Below the pieces are notes generated by a model. The model worked only from the letters and a program-made list of their open reading frames with translations. It had not been told where the DNA came from and searched no databases. A program made the translations under genes and the position numbers. 64,000 bases of DNA, from NCBI GenBank assembly GCA_951406725.2, contig OX597835.1:23188001-23252000 (forward strand), read 5' to 3'. Below, piece by piece: positions 37,841-50,690 of this stretch; position 1 is the first letter of the stretch, and each line of letters opens with the position of its first letter. The DNA is from Octopus vulgaris. Its lineage: Eukaryota.

Positions 37841-38035
37841 GATACTGTTTTTTGATAGCGACTATCATTTACTACTGTCACTCAATGTCAATACAAAGAT
37901 ATACACACATATACAAGTAATAATTCTAATTTTAATATACATCTGGTAGGATGCCTTTTAAAGCATGCTCAATATCTATGGGTGCTTGATATCATCAATA
38001 ATATGGATATAAGTACCACTGGATTCAAAGGTGTG

Positions 38036-38675
38036 CACTAGCGTAGCTGGGGGTAGGGGCAACACTTTTCATCCTGTTGTAGGCTATAAGCCAAAATAGA
38101 TTATATTGAAATAGTAGGGTATATAGGCGTAGGAGTGGCTGTGTGGTAAGTAGCTTACTTACCAACCACATGGTTCCGGGTTCAGTCCCACTGCGTGGCA
38201 CCTTGGGCAAGTGTCTTCTACTATAGCCGTGGGCCGACCAAAGCCATGAGTGGATTTGGTAGACGGAAACTGAAAGAAGCCCGTCGTATATGAGTATATA
38301 TATGTACATGTGTATATGTTTGTTTGGCTCTGTTTGTCCCCCCCCTCCCCAACATCGCTTGACAACCGATGCTGGTGTGTTTACGTCCCAGTAATCTAGC
38401 GGTTCGGCAAAAGAAACCAATAGAATAAGTAATAGGCTTACAAAGAATAAGTCCTAAAAATGAATAAGACTAAAAAAAGGCGGTGCTCCAACATGGCCAC
38501 AGTCAAATGACTGAAACAAAAGAGTAAAGAGTATGTGATAATTCCTGATGTTACATGAAAAAAACTCCTGGAAATGCAAGACTTTTGGGTTTGCTGTAGG
38601 TAATATGTTTTTGTGGGGTCCGGGGACAACAAATGGAAGGGCTGCCCTGGGTGGCACACTCTAGCTATGCTAGTG
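38036..38675. mobile_element. hAT-like MITE containing a full SINE B (38124-38532, +)
   Basis: TIRs CACTAGCGTAGCTGG / CTAGCTATGCTAGTG; 8-bp flanks AAGGTGTG and GAGGCATA differ only by transitions. Confidence 0.55.
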
Positions 38676-39415
38676 GAGGCATATATTCTAGGTGTGCTAT
38701 GTGTGCACTGCACTCGCATGGTAAATGGCAAATTTATTGTAAATATTAACCTCACTCATTAATTTAATCACAAACCTTAATGGAGATGTGAGGTATATTT
38801 GCCATCTCAATATGGCTAACCACTAAGGGTGGGTGTTACTGTAGCTTGTAGCCCCAGGAGAACATCTCCTCCAGCTGGCTTTAGGCACACTTTCTGTGCT
38901 CTTAAGGTATTTGCAAAGGGAGGTCATCCTTCCCTCGTCAACCTAAGTGATACGCACGGACTGCAGTTTCTAGGTATTCTTTTGTTATAACCCTACTTGA
39001 AATTGGGTATGGCAGCATACACAATACAACAGCCACTGACTGGATTCTGTATCATGATCTCCTCAGTATGTTACCAGCTGCAGGCAAATAAATGTATTAT
39101 AGTCAAAATAAGCGAAACCAGGTTTAATGAGTGAGGTACCTTTTGAAAAATCACCTGATGAGGCACATCTGCATCACAACGAGATGTACAGAATCTCACC
39201 TGTGAGGGACCGATGCACAATGGGTCAAAATGAACATAATGATTAATAAAGAATCTCATGAATATCATTTTCTCTTTCTTTTATGTGTGTGTGTGTGTGT
39301 GTGTAAAGGTAAGATCCAAGGATCAAAGTGTGGGAAGTTAGTAAGCTTCAAGCAGTCTGTAGAATGTATAACAAAAAACTTTCAGGAACTTTAGTGGTTT
39401 ATTGACATAGAGGGT

Positions 39416-39643
39416 TACTCTCTTTACTCTTACTCTTTTACTTATTTCAGTCATTTGACTGCGGCCATGCTGGAGCACTGCCTTTTGTCGAGCAAATCGA
39501 CCCCAGGACTTATTCTTTGGAAGCCTAGTACTTATTCTATCAGTCTCTTTTGCCGAACTGCTAAGTTATGGAGATGTAAACACACCAGCATCGGTTCTCA
39601 AGCGATGTTGGGGGGGACAAACACAGACACACAAACACACACA

Positions 39644-39695
<52 letters not shown>

Positions 39696-39876
39696 TATAT
39701 ATATATATTTACATATATACGATGGCTTTTTCAGTTTCTGTCTACCAGATCCACGCACAAGGCTTTGGTCGGCCCGAGGCTATAGTAGAAGACACTCGCC
39801 CAAGGTGCCACGCAGTGAGACTGAACCCGGAACCATGTGGTTGGTAAGCAAGCTACTTACCACACAGCCACTCCTG
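39416..39876 (-). mobile_element. SINE family B, full length
   Basis: Near-consensus reverse complement with an expanded (CA)n middle. Confidence 0.88.
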
Positions 39877-41427
39877 TAAATTTTTCGCATATCAAAATTT
39901 GATAAGCTGAAAAAAGTTATTTTATAGTTCATGGTTAGCAACTAGGGTTGCTGTATATGCAAATAAAAATCCAAATTTAGGGAATGGCGTAGGCTAGCTA
40001 AGAAACATGGAGCTTGAATTTTATCTACTCCATTCCCTAAATTTGGATTATATATGTAGGGTTAAACGGTAAAGACCCCCTTCAGTCATGTATGATCAAT
40101 AGATAGTTCTCAAAAAGTTCTCCTCTGAAGCACAAGTTCAGGCGAGGTTGTTTATGGAAGACCAGCAGTCGCCCATGCATACCAGCCTCCACTCTCCATG
40201 CCACCAATGTTATCCAAGGGAAAGGCAAAGGTTGATACAGCTTGGTACCAATGACATTACAACTAATTTCTACAGATGAGTGAAACGGCGCAACATGAAA
40301 TAAAGTGTCTTGCTCAAGAACATAACATACAGCCCAGTCCAGGAATCAAACTCACTACCTCATAATTGTGTTAGCCTGATACTCTAACCACTGAGCTATG
40401 ATATGTGTGTATATGTGTGTGTGTGTGTAATAGGTTTCTGACTACCAAATCTACTCACAAGGCTTTGGTTGGCCTGGGTATTTGTAGAAGACACTTTCCC
40501 AAAATTCCACACCCAACCACAGTGGGATTAAACCTATTGTGGTTGGGAAGCAAACTTCTAATCCCACTGCCACACATGCATTTGCCTTAATACACACACA
40601 CATGCATGTACATATATATCAACATCATCATTGAACATCTGCTTTCCATGCTGGCATGGGTTGGACAGTTTGATAGGGTCTGACAGGTGAGAGGACCTGC
40701 ATTATGCTCAAGTATTTTGACATAGGTTTCTACAGATGTATACCTTTTCCTCATACCAACTATTCAACCAAGCATACAGAGTGTTTTTTGTTTTTTTCTG
40801 TGGATGCTACCAATCAGGGTCAGAATAAATCTGGGGACAATGGGTGGCTATGAGGTGCTTTTAACCCACCTCAAAACCCTAGAGCTCCTGAACCAAGGTC
40901 CTGGAACTGGATACAGTTTAAAGTCATAGCCAAGACACCATTGGTGGGAGATCTTTGCCTTTCATCCTTTCAGGGTCGATAAGTTAAGTACCAGTGAAAC
41001 ACTGGGGTCGATATAATCAACTTAATTCATTTGTCTGTCCTTGTTTGTCCCCTCTATGTTTAGCCCCTTGTGGGTAATAAAGAAACAGATATAGTTGTGA
41101 AAGGGTCATAGGGGAGAGAGTAACAGGCTAAACACTGTTGAAAGAGGAACTATGCAAAAGAAAGGGAAGGGATTAGGTAAGCTGACAAGGATTAAGTAAC
41201 AATGATGGACCAATGCAGTGTTACATACATAGGATGGGAAAGGTAGAGTCTGTGGGGGTTCTTCATAGTTTGCAAGTGCCATAGGTGGTGGGGAGATAAG
41301 AAAGGAGAGATAAGATGATTGAAATGAATGGGGAGATGGACGAAAGAGAGGAAATCAGCAGATAGATAAGTGATGGAGCCAGGAGTGCAAAGGGTGACTG
41401 CAAAAATAGGTTTACCAAGATACATAT

Positions 41428-41461
<34 letters not shown>

Positions 41462-41649
41462 ACATCATCATAACCAAATGTCCACTTTTCCATGCTTGTA
41501 TGGGTCGGATGGAATTTGTTGAGGTGGATTTTCTACAGCTGGATGCCCTTCCTGTCACCAACCTTCACCTGTTTCCAAGCAAGGTAACATTCCTTGTGAC
41601 CAGATGGAAGATTGGAAACAAAGGACACCACTTGCATAGCTCCCTTCCT

Positions 41650-43020
41650 CGTTAACACACCACTCAGATGTCAGAACTTCTCCCAAGTTCATCTCCTTTT
41701 CTAGCCTTTGTTATTGATTCTAGTCCACCTTCTCCATTTACCATATCTCCAAGGTAACAAAATATTATCATACAATTTTCAAAATCCAGCTCAACAGTCA
41801 CTCCATCTGCAGCTCCTTTCGTACACATCTTACACTTAAATGTAGCCACTACATTACTTAATAACCCTCTTACAATACTACATTTGCAATAAGCCCATCC
41901 AACACATATTTACTCGAAATGGAGTTTACACCAACTCCATTGCATGCATGCTTCACATGGCCACTTCCCTATTCTTTCCACTTCACATATATAATCACCT
42001 GCTATTACTGTCCTGCCTTTTACTTCAATATATTTCTTCTACCTGTTCATATTCTTCAGGCTATCCATTTTCTTGTTATTAAATCCAAATCATCTGTATG
42101 TGATGTCTCTCAAGGTGAACACACCTTTACACTTCCAACCAATATCTTTCTCACAAGTACAACTAGCAATGGGCTTGACACAAATCCATGATGCATTTCA
42201 ACCTTCACTTCAAATTCACTGTTCCTGTCCTGCCCTTTGATTTTATGACTGTGCATGCTCTCTGATACATCATCAGTACTCTAACCAGCCATTTCTAAAG
42301 GTTTTCAATACCCGTGTCACCACTTTACATGGAACCCAATCAAAAGCTTTCTCCAGGTCAATAAACCCAAGAAACAACTTCTTCCTTCTGTACCTGTATT
42401 TCTGTAACTGTCTTACAATAAAAATTACATCAGCTTTTTTCTTCTTCTTGGCATAAATCCAAATTGTATTTCATCAATCTTCATTTTTCCCCTTGTTTTC
42501 TTCTCTAACACTCTATTTTCCATTCCATTATCTAATATACCAGCAACAGTCTAGGGGGTAACCTTTCCTTTTAGTACAGAGGAATGAGTGCTCAACACCC
42601 AATTCACTGGAATGCAGTCTTTCACCACCAACTGACAGTTCTCTGTCATTTTCTACACATTCAAATTTCCTTCTGCCTTTAACATACCTCCCAAAACTTC
42701 TGTAGGCACTCCTGCTTTTCCATTCTTCGCTATTCTTATTGCTTCCTCAACCAAATTATCTTCTCTGCTAATCTTCCAGCTAAATTACTCTCTATTCCAT
42801 TCATTATTCACATCCAATAACCCATCATTATATCTCTTCTGGATCTACAATAATTTACCCCACTTCCTCCTTCAGGCATCCCACACTTGTCACCTCACAT
42901 CTTCTTTTACAACTGTTTTGCAATCTTAAATATTTTTCTCTGATTTTCTGCAAAAACCATTTTCTCCAAAACATTTTACTCTGTACCAGCTGCATCAATG
43001 CTACTTCTCTGCAGCATTCT
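41650..43020 (-). mobile_element. Decayed RTE LINE reverse-transcriptase fragment
   Basis: QFGFMP, IFIVRQLQ and FIDLEKAFDWVP remnants, and YLGDMV; many frameshifts. Confidence 0.75.
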
Positions 43021-43309
43021 TGGATACCTTACAACTTTTATGAGTTGCTTCTTCTGCTACCACAATCCTTACTTGTTACTATTCTCTAGTCCAGTTGTAC
43101 TCAGCCATTTTTTTACCTATAGACCTTCTGATTACTATTTTATTCTGATCTTCTTGAGTACAGCAAAGCACCAGGTACCTCAGTCCTTTGTCGTTTCCTT
43201 CATAAGGCTCAGTGTCCTGAGATTGGCCTTCAGTATTTTGTCTCATGCCTTCCTGGGTCTCCCTCTTCTACTAGTTCCATTCGCTGTAAGCGGTTAGCAC
43301 TTTTTTTAT

Positions 43310-43570
43310 GTAACAAACTTATTCATTTCCCAACAAACAACAGGAGTCCAAGAACAAATCCTTGTGGTACACCAGATGTCATCACATAAGGTGAAGAATG
43401 CTGTCCTAAAACCATGACTACCTCTTCTTGACCAAAGAATGAAGGACTTCAACCAGTTCTAGAGATCATCTTTCACACCCTTTGCTGAGAGTTTTGCCAT
43501 AAGTCATTTTCTGTGTCACAGAAATTGAAGGCTTTAGCAAAGTCGAAATAGATAATATCCACCCATCAGC
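43310..43570 (-). mobile_element. CR1/L2-type RT fragment
   Basis: DIIYFDFAKAF and GVPQGFVLGLLLFV remnants. Confidence 0.7.
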
Positions 43571-43879
43571 TGCCATCAGTGATTATTATTATAATTTCAA
43601 AATAAAGAAATGAATTTAACAGTGAATCTGTACGCAATTTCAAAAGATATATAAATCCACACTGACTCTCACGCAATGTAGTATAAATTCTGTTTCCTTA
43701 TTTACAGAGAGGAAAAGAGGGGATTTGTTGTTCTTCAACTTGAAAGATGTTATCTTTTTCAACTAATTAATTTCTTTTCATTTTTATGATGTGTGTGTGT
43801 GTGTGTGTGTTTCTGAGTGTTTAAACATATATGTATATATATGTGTGTGTGTGTATACATATATATGTATATGCATACA

Positions 43880-44076
43880 TAAAGTTAATCCAAACATGAA
43901 AACACAAAGAGAAAACACAACAATGCGAGGATGTGGAACAAGTATAGTGTTATTGGATGCTCAGGAAAGGAAAGAAAGAAGGAGGATTTAATGTTTTGAG
44001 TGGAGCTCTTCATCAGAAACATAGGAAAAGGAAAGATCCAAGGAAGGGAAAACGGAAGAAAAAAATCGCCAACGAT
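43880..44076 (-). ncRNA. Penelope-like terminus with a decayed minimal hammerhead (43987-44019)
   Basis: TTT CTGATGA AGAGC tcc ACTC AAAA CATT AAA; restoring CpG transitions gives GCTC GAAA CGTT. Related remnant at 32410-32600 (-). Confidence 0.55.
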
Positions 44077-44077
44077 A

Positions 44078-44249
44078 CAGGCACAGGAGTGGCTGTGTGG
44101 TAAGTAGCTTGCTAACCAACCACATGGTTCCGGGTTCAGTCCCACTGCATGGCATCTTGAGCAAGTGTCTTCTGCTATAGCCTCGGGCTGACCAAAGCCT
44201 TGTGAGTGGATTTGGTAGACGGAAATTGAACGAAGCCTGTCGTATATAT

Positions 44250-44285
<36 letters not shown>

Positions 44286-44500
44286 ATATGTTTGTGTGTC
44301 TGTGTTTGTCCCTCTAGCATTGCTTGACAACCGATGCTGGTGTGTTTACATCCCCGTCACTTAGCGGTTCGGCAAAAAAAAAGACCGATAGAATAAGTAC
44401 TGGGCTTACAAAGAATAAGTCCCGGGGTCGATTTGCTCGACTAAAGGCGGTGCTCCAGCATGGCCGCAGTCAAAATCACTGAAACAAGTAAAAGAGAGAG
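44078..44500 (+). mobile_element. SINE family B, full length
   Basis: Near-consensus sequence. Confidence 0.9.
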
Positions 44501-44771
44501 TATACATATATTTATTTGTGTCACTTTCAATATTATTTTAAACATTCGTCTTTTATTTTCTCTTTATATATATTATTGTTATATATTTCAGTTTCTTGTA
44601 ATTTTTTGAGTTCCTTTTTATTTATTTATTTGGTATTTATATCATTTTAGTAAGTTTTCTTCATCTTTTTCTTTTCTTCTTTCTTTTTATTTTATTTATT
44701 TATTTATTTTTGTTAAATTGTGATGCTTTCTGGCTTTCCTGATTATTGTTATTCTTCTGGGAGTGGAGAGC

Positions 44772-45025
44772 TTGATGATGATGATGATGATGGTGGTGGT
44801 TGTGGTGGTTGTGGCGGTGGTGGCTGTGGTGGTGGTGGTGGTGATGGTGGTGGTGGTGGTTGTTGTGGTGATGGTGGTGGTGGTGGTGGTGGTGGTGGCG
44901 GCGGTGGTGGTAGTGGTGGTGGTGGTGGTGGTTGTGGTGGTGGTGGTGATGATGGTGGTGGTGGCGGTGGTGGTGGTGATGGTGGTGGTGGCGGTGGTTA
45001 TGATGAGGACAATGATGATGGTGTT
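44772..45025. repeat. (GGT/GAT)n trinucleotide tract (second tract 50404-50689)
   Basis: Directly visible; it generates the poly-G/V/P/H/T ORFs in the track. Confidence 0.95.
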
Positions 45026-45503
45026 GTTTTTAAGTAGGATAAAGGAGTGTTTTGTTCTTTACCATAAAACTCACTGACATCAGCAGCAGCAGCCTCGGCA
45101 GCAGCAGTAAGCAAGAGCAACTGTAACAATTGAATCTAGTCAGAACTGTCATCAGCTTTCATTCTCATCATAATTTCTACCAGTGTACTTCCAGTTTGAC
45201 ATGGGCTAGTATTACATACATAGACACACACACACACACATACATACATACATACATACATATACACACACACTCACACACATACACACGCGCGTGTGTA
45301 TGTAATAAAAAAGAAATGTATGTATGAACACCTTACTCACTACACCACATGACATGCATACATTTGTATATTCATATATGTATATAGATACATATATGGA
45401 CAAATATATATATGTATGTATAAAATATATATATATATATCCATAAAGGATATATAATACTGTACATTTCGATTGAAATATGTGTATGTATATGTGTGTA
45501 TGT

Positions 45504-45537
<34 letters not shown>

Positions 45538-45539
<2 letters not shown>

Positions 45540-45897
45540 TCTTTTATTTGTTTCAGTCATTTGAATGCAGCCATGCTGGAGCACCACCTTTAATCAAACA
45601 AATCCACCCTAGGACTTATTCTTTGTAAGACTGGTACTTATTCTATCAGTCTCTTTCGCCGAACCGCTAAGTTACGGGGACATAATCACACTAACATCGG
45701 TTGTCAAGTGATGGGCGGGGGTAAACGCAGACACACAAACATATATATACGACAGGCTTTTTCAGTTTCCATCTCCTAAATCTACTTACAAGTCTTTGAT
45801 CAGCCTGAGGCTATAGTACAAGACACTTGCCCAAGGTGCCACGTAGTGGGACTGAACCTGGAACCATGTGGTTGGTAAGCTAGCTACGTACCACATG
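45538..45897 (-). mobile_element. SINE family B
   Basis: Reverse complement of tail, middle and most of the head. Confidence 0.85.
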
Positions 45898-45989
45898 GGT
45901 TTCAGTCAGAGGCTGAGGCCATGATGGTGCACCACCTTTACTGCTTCCAGGGATTTTATTAGTTTTGCTTCTGGTGAAGTAGAAAGATG

Positions 45990-46880
45990 GACATTGTCAC
46001 TTTCCTTTCTGCTTTCTGTCACGATGTGGATTCATCCGGTATTGCAAATAAAAATCTGTCTGAACGTTTTTGAAGACTTCCATGCCTACACCTTGCACAT
46101 CCCTGATCTTTTGTGATTGGGTATTAAAAAGTTGCGCTCCCTTAAATCCCAAGTTATTACAATATTGGGTTTATATCCTTGATGGATAAGATGGGACCTT
46201 TGGTACTGTGCAGTGCCGTCCTGTTCGAGGATTGTTGTAGCTTTCTATTCCAAAATTTGGAGCTAGACCCTCCAGTATTTTCCATATGTATAGCACTGCA
46301 TATCTCTCACGTCTCCTCTCCAGGGAGTAGAGTCCCAGTTCCTTTAAGCTCTCCCAGTAGCTCATGTGTTTTACTGAGTCTATTTTCTTTGTGTAGTGGC
46401 ATTGGATTGCCTCTGGTTCTGCAATTAGATTTACACTCTGTGGTGACCACAGTTGGGAGCAGTAGCCCAGACAACTGAGGACAAAGCGTCTCCAAAGCAG
46501 AAGCATTGTGTCTCTGTTCCTGAGTCTTGAAGCATCTCAGGACCCAATCTGCCACCCTCCTGCATAGTGCTGCCATCTGAGCAATGTCCACCTAGAAAGT
46601 TGCACCCATGCTCATATGGATTCCCAGGTCGCACACCAACTCTACCTCTGGGATTACATTGCCCTGTGGTCCTATGCACTTCAGTTGTAGTTTGTTTGTG
46701 GGCTGATAGCGGGGTGCTTGAAATTTTGCAGCATTGAACTGCATATTATTCTCAAACGTCCACTTATATACTGCATGCAGGTCATTCTACAATCTTAGGA
46801 TGTCAGTAGGATCCTTGAATGCTTGCGATACTTTTGTATTGTTGCATAGCTGGTGAGTGTCACTAGCCCTATGGGTGAGG
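45990..46880 (-). mobile_element. CR1-like LINE 3' fragment
   Basis: LGYCSQLWSP...YTKKIDSVKHMSYWESLKELGLYSLERRRERYAVLYIWKILEG (CR1-type C-terminus); frameshifted. Confidence 0.85.
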
Positions 46881-47212
46881 GTCTAAGTATATACACATAT
46901 ATATGTATATACACACACATATATAACTACAGATGTATACCCCATTGACTTTGTTTCCTCATAACTTCCAGGAAAATGGATATTTTTAATGAAACTTCCA
47001 CTTTCATTTTCTAACAGAAAAGGATGCTCTCAAAAGAAATCCTCTTTTACAAAGCTCTTATTTAAATCCCTGTGGATAAATCCCAGCAAGAATCTTCTCA
47101 GGCTCTCCAATATTTTACAATTATATAAAGAGAAAAATCGGGGGCCAGGAAGTGGGGCTAAAAATAATCATAGATTTTAAAAAGATTCTTTTTATTTTTT
47201 TATAACATAAAA

Positions 47213-47683
47213 ACGTTGCCAGCGCCGCCCTGACTGGCCTCCGTGCTGGTGGCACGTAAAAAGCACCATCTGTTCGTGGCCGTTGCCAGCCTCGCCTGGC
47301 CCCCATGCCGGTGGCACGTAGCACCATCCGTTTGTGGCCGTTCGCAGCCTCGCCTGGTCCCCGTGCCGGTGGCATGTAAAAGCACCATCTGTTCGTGGCC
47401 GTTGCCAGCCTTGCCTGGCCCCCGTGCCGGTGGCACGTAAAAAGCACCATCCGATCATGGCCGTTTGCCAGCTCCGTCTGGCACCTGTGCGGGTGGAACG
47501 TAAAAAGCACCCACTACACTCACGGAGTGGTTGGCATTAGGAAGGGCATCCAGCCGTAGAAACACTGCCAGATCAGACTGGGCCCTGATGCAGCCTTCTG
47601 GCTTCACAGACCCCAGTTGAACCGTCCAACCCATGCTAGCATGGAAAGCGGACGCTAAATGATGATGATGATGATGATGATGA
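47213..47683 (+). mobile_element. Family A (RTE 3' UTR) copy with five tandem modules
   Basis: Five units of about 55-60 bp, GTGCCGGTGGCACGTAAAAAGCACCATC..GTGGCCGTTGCCAGCC, then the (GAT)n tail. Confidence 0.85.
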
Positions 47684-47715
47684 TATATATATATCTATAT
47701 GTACATATGTGTATT

Positions 47716-47766
<51 letters not shown>

Positions 47767-47792
47767 TTATATATACAAATATATACACACAC

Positions 47793-47855
<63 letters not shown>

Positions 47856-47884
47856 AGTAAATATATATATATATATACATATAT

Positions 47885-48265
47885 TCATGTATTTGTTCCA
47901 GTCACTTGACTGCAGCAATGCTGGAGCACCGCCTTTAGTCGAGCAAATCGACCCCAGGACTTATTATTTGTAATCCTAGTGCTTATTCTATCGGCCCCTT
48001 TTGCCGAACTGCTAAGTTATGGCAACATAAACACACAAGCATCAGCTGTCAAGTGATGGTGGAGGGACAAACACAGACATACGTACACAAATATATATTT
48101 ATATATATATATATGACAGGCTTCTTTACTTTTTGTCTACCAAATCCACTCACAAGGCTTTGGCCAGCCTCAAGCTATAGTAGAAGACACTTGCCCAAGG
48201 TGCCACGTAGTGGGACTGAACCTGGAACCATGTGGTTGGTAAGCAAGCTACTCAACACGCAGCCA
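47885..48265 (-). mobile_element. SINE family B
   Basis: Reverse complement of family B. Confidence 0.85.
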
Positions 48266-48999
48266 TCTGTAAGTTATGACGGTAAAAAATTGAAATAATT
48301 TATGACCTGTGATTTGCATGCTTAATAAAATTCATGAGACATAACATATTTTTTTATATAAAGATTTGTACGCAGGAAGAAGAATTATTTTTTTGTGGTT
48401 TGGGTTTAACTGACTTTTTTAGCATGTAAGAAGTCCTGTCAAGGGTCTTCTCTCTGTGAATAAATCTCTATACACTCTTGTGTGTGTGTGTGAATTTATA
48501 TGTTTGTGTCACTGTCTTTCCATTGCATTCATGTAGATTAGTGTCACTGTCATAGAAGCAGCATCATTCATTTCCAGTAATATGCAAGTCCATATCTAGC
48601 CAGGTGGAAACAGGTGAGAGCTGGCAACAAGAAGGGCATCTGGCCATAGAAAATTTAGCTCAATAAATTCTGTCAAACCCAAGCAAGCATGGAAAATTGT
48701 ATGAAGAAGTGATGATGATGATAATGATACACACACACACATACATATATATATAAATATATATATATAAAATGAGATAGGGGTTGTAAATTCAACCCTC
48801 CATGGGATAACATATATCCAATATACTGCTAGAGAAGTACCCAACAAAGCTAATACATAAGTGTTAAAAATTGCGATGCAATTAATTCATCTACTGTATT
48901 ATGTGGGCAAAGGTAAAATTATTTTTACCGTAAATTAATAATACAAAATGAGAAAATGGAGGATGATTGATTTAGATATATTTCTCCATTTTCTCATTT

Positions 49000-49048
<49 letters not shown>

Positions 49049-49450
49049 AATGTAAGATCTAGGGATCCAGGCTTAGGAAGAAAGTTAGCTTCAAGCAATC
49101 CACAGTAAATATTAAAAAAAAACCTGTCAGGGACAATGGAAGGTTCTGGATTTTTTTCATATTGAAGAATGATGAAAAAAATGTTCTTTTTACAATCCAT
49201 GGAAGGCAACCAGGGTGGCCAGGCAAGAATATATGAATACAAGAGTTATGGAATGATATCTTTTAATTTAATCAAGATATCCTTGGTGTGAAGAGTAGCT
49301 GGCAGTATACTCTTCACCTGGATTTTTACCACCTCTGAGATTCCACCCGCTATGAAACATATGCAACCCAGATCTTACATACTCCATTCCATAATTTCGC
49401 ATATATATATACACATATATATAAGTAAGAAAAAAAAACAGAACAATAAC

Positions 49451-49700
49451 GCAACAGATGACAATAAAGCATCCAAACTTGCAGCAATCTCTCATCAGTC
49501 AAGTATCCAGACAGTCACAATAATTTCAACTGGTTGTCTGGATACTTGACTGATGAGAGATTGCTGCAAATGACCCATGCTTATTTTTTCCTGTCCGTCT
49601 TTTTATCATCTATCTGTCCGGATGCTTTATTGTCATCTGTTGCATTCCTGCTCTGTTTTTGGGATTCATATATACATACAGTAGCGTATGTACACTTTTA
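49451..49700. repeat. Penelope-like palindrome with hammerhead 5' half
   Basis: Inner arms 49479-49513 and 49535-49569 carry GACTGATGAGAGATTGCTGCAA; outer arms 49451-49474 and 49620-49643. Confidence 0.65.
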
Positions 49701-49725
49701 CTCACCTTAGAGATATACATATATA

Positions 49726-50395
49726 TCATCATCATCATCATCGTTTAACATCCGCTTTCCATGCTAGCATGGGTTGGATGATTTGACTGAGGGCTGGCGA
49801 ACCAGATGGCTGCACCAGACTCCAATCTGATCTGGCAGAGTTTCTACAGCTGGATGCCCTTCCTAACGCCAACCACTCCAAGAGTGTAGTGGGTGCTTTT
49901 ATGTGCCACCGGCACGAGGGCCAGTCAGGTGGTACTGGCAACGGCCACTCTCAAATGGTGCTTTTTATGTGCCACTTGCACAGGAGCCAGTCCGGTGGCA
50001 CTGGCAACAACCTCACTCGAATGTTTTTCACGTGCCACTAGCACAAGTGCTAGTAAGGCGACGCGGTAATGATCACGCTCAAATGGTGATTTTAACGTAC
50101 CATTGGCACGGAGGCCAGCTTGTTGCTCTGGCAACGATCTCACTCATATGGTACTCTTAGCGCTCCACTAGCACAGGTGCCAGTCATCGAATTTGATTTC
50201 AATTTTGATTTCACTTGCCTCAACAGGTCTTCGCAAGCAGAGTTTAGTGTCCATGAAGGAAAGGTACGCATAAGTGGACTGGTTACACCCCTGGCATAGG
50301 CCACAAGTCTATGGTCTCACTTGTGCATCTCAAGTCTTCTCAAGCACAGAATATTTTCAGAGGTCCCGGTCACTAGTCATGCTGGCTTCATTCCT
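49726..50395 (-). mobile_element. RTE 3' end with ORF terminus and family-A UTR
   Basis: MTSDRDL*KYSVLEKT remnant homologous to 5590-5640, followed by the modules and (GAT)n. Confidence 0.8.
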
Positions 50396-50646
50396 TGCGA
50401 GCTTGGTGGTGGCGGTGGTAGTGGTGGTTGTGGCGGTGGTGGTGGTGGCAGTGGTGGCGGCAGTGGTGGCGACAGTGGTGGTGGTGGTGATGGTTGTGGC
50501 GGTAGTGGTGATGGTGGTGGTGGTGGTGGTTGATTTGGTGGTGGTGGTGGTGGTGGTGGTGGTTGATTTGGTGGTGGTGGTGGTGGCGGTGGTGGCGGCG
50601 GCGGCGGTGGTGGTGGTGGTGATGGTGATGATGGTGATGATGATGG

Positions 50647-50690
<44 letters not shown>

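Noticed and set aside
44720-45077. Poly-Gly/Val/Pro/His/Thr ORFs (also 50274-50912)
   Set aside because: (GGT)n microsatellite translations; for the 44.7-45.0 kb tract all three minus-strand frames hit a nearby stop, and no splice support was seen.
47240-47510. Regularly spaced 24-bp repeats with spacers, superficially CRISPR-like
   Set aside because: The spacers are homologous to each other, the array is part of an RTE 3' UTR, the context is eukaryotic and there are no cas genes.
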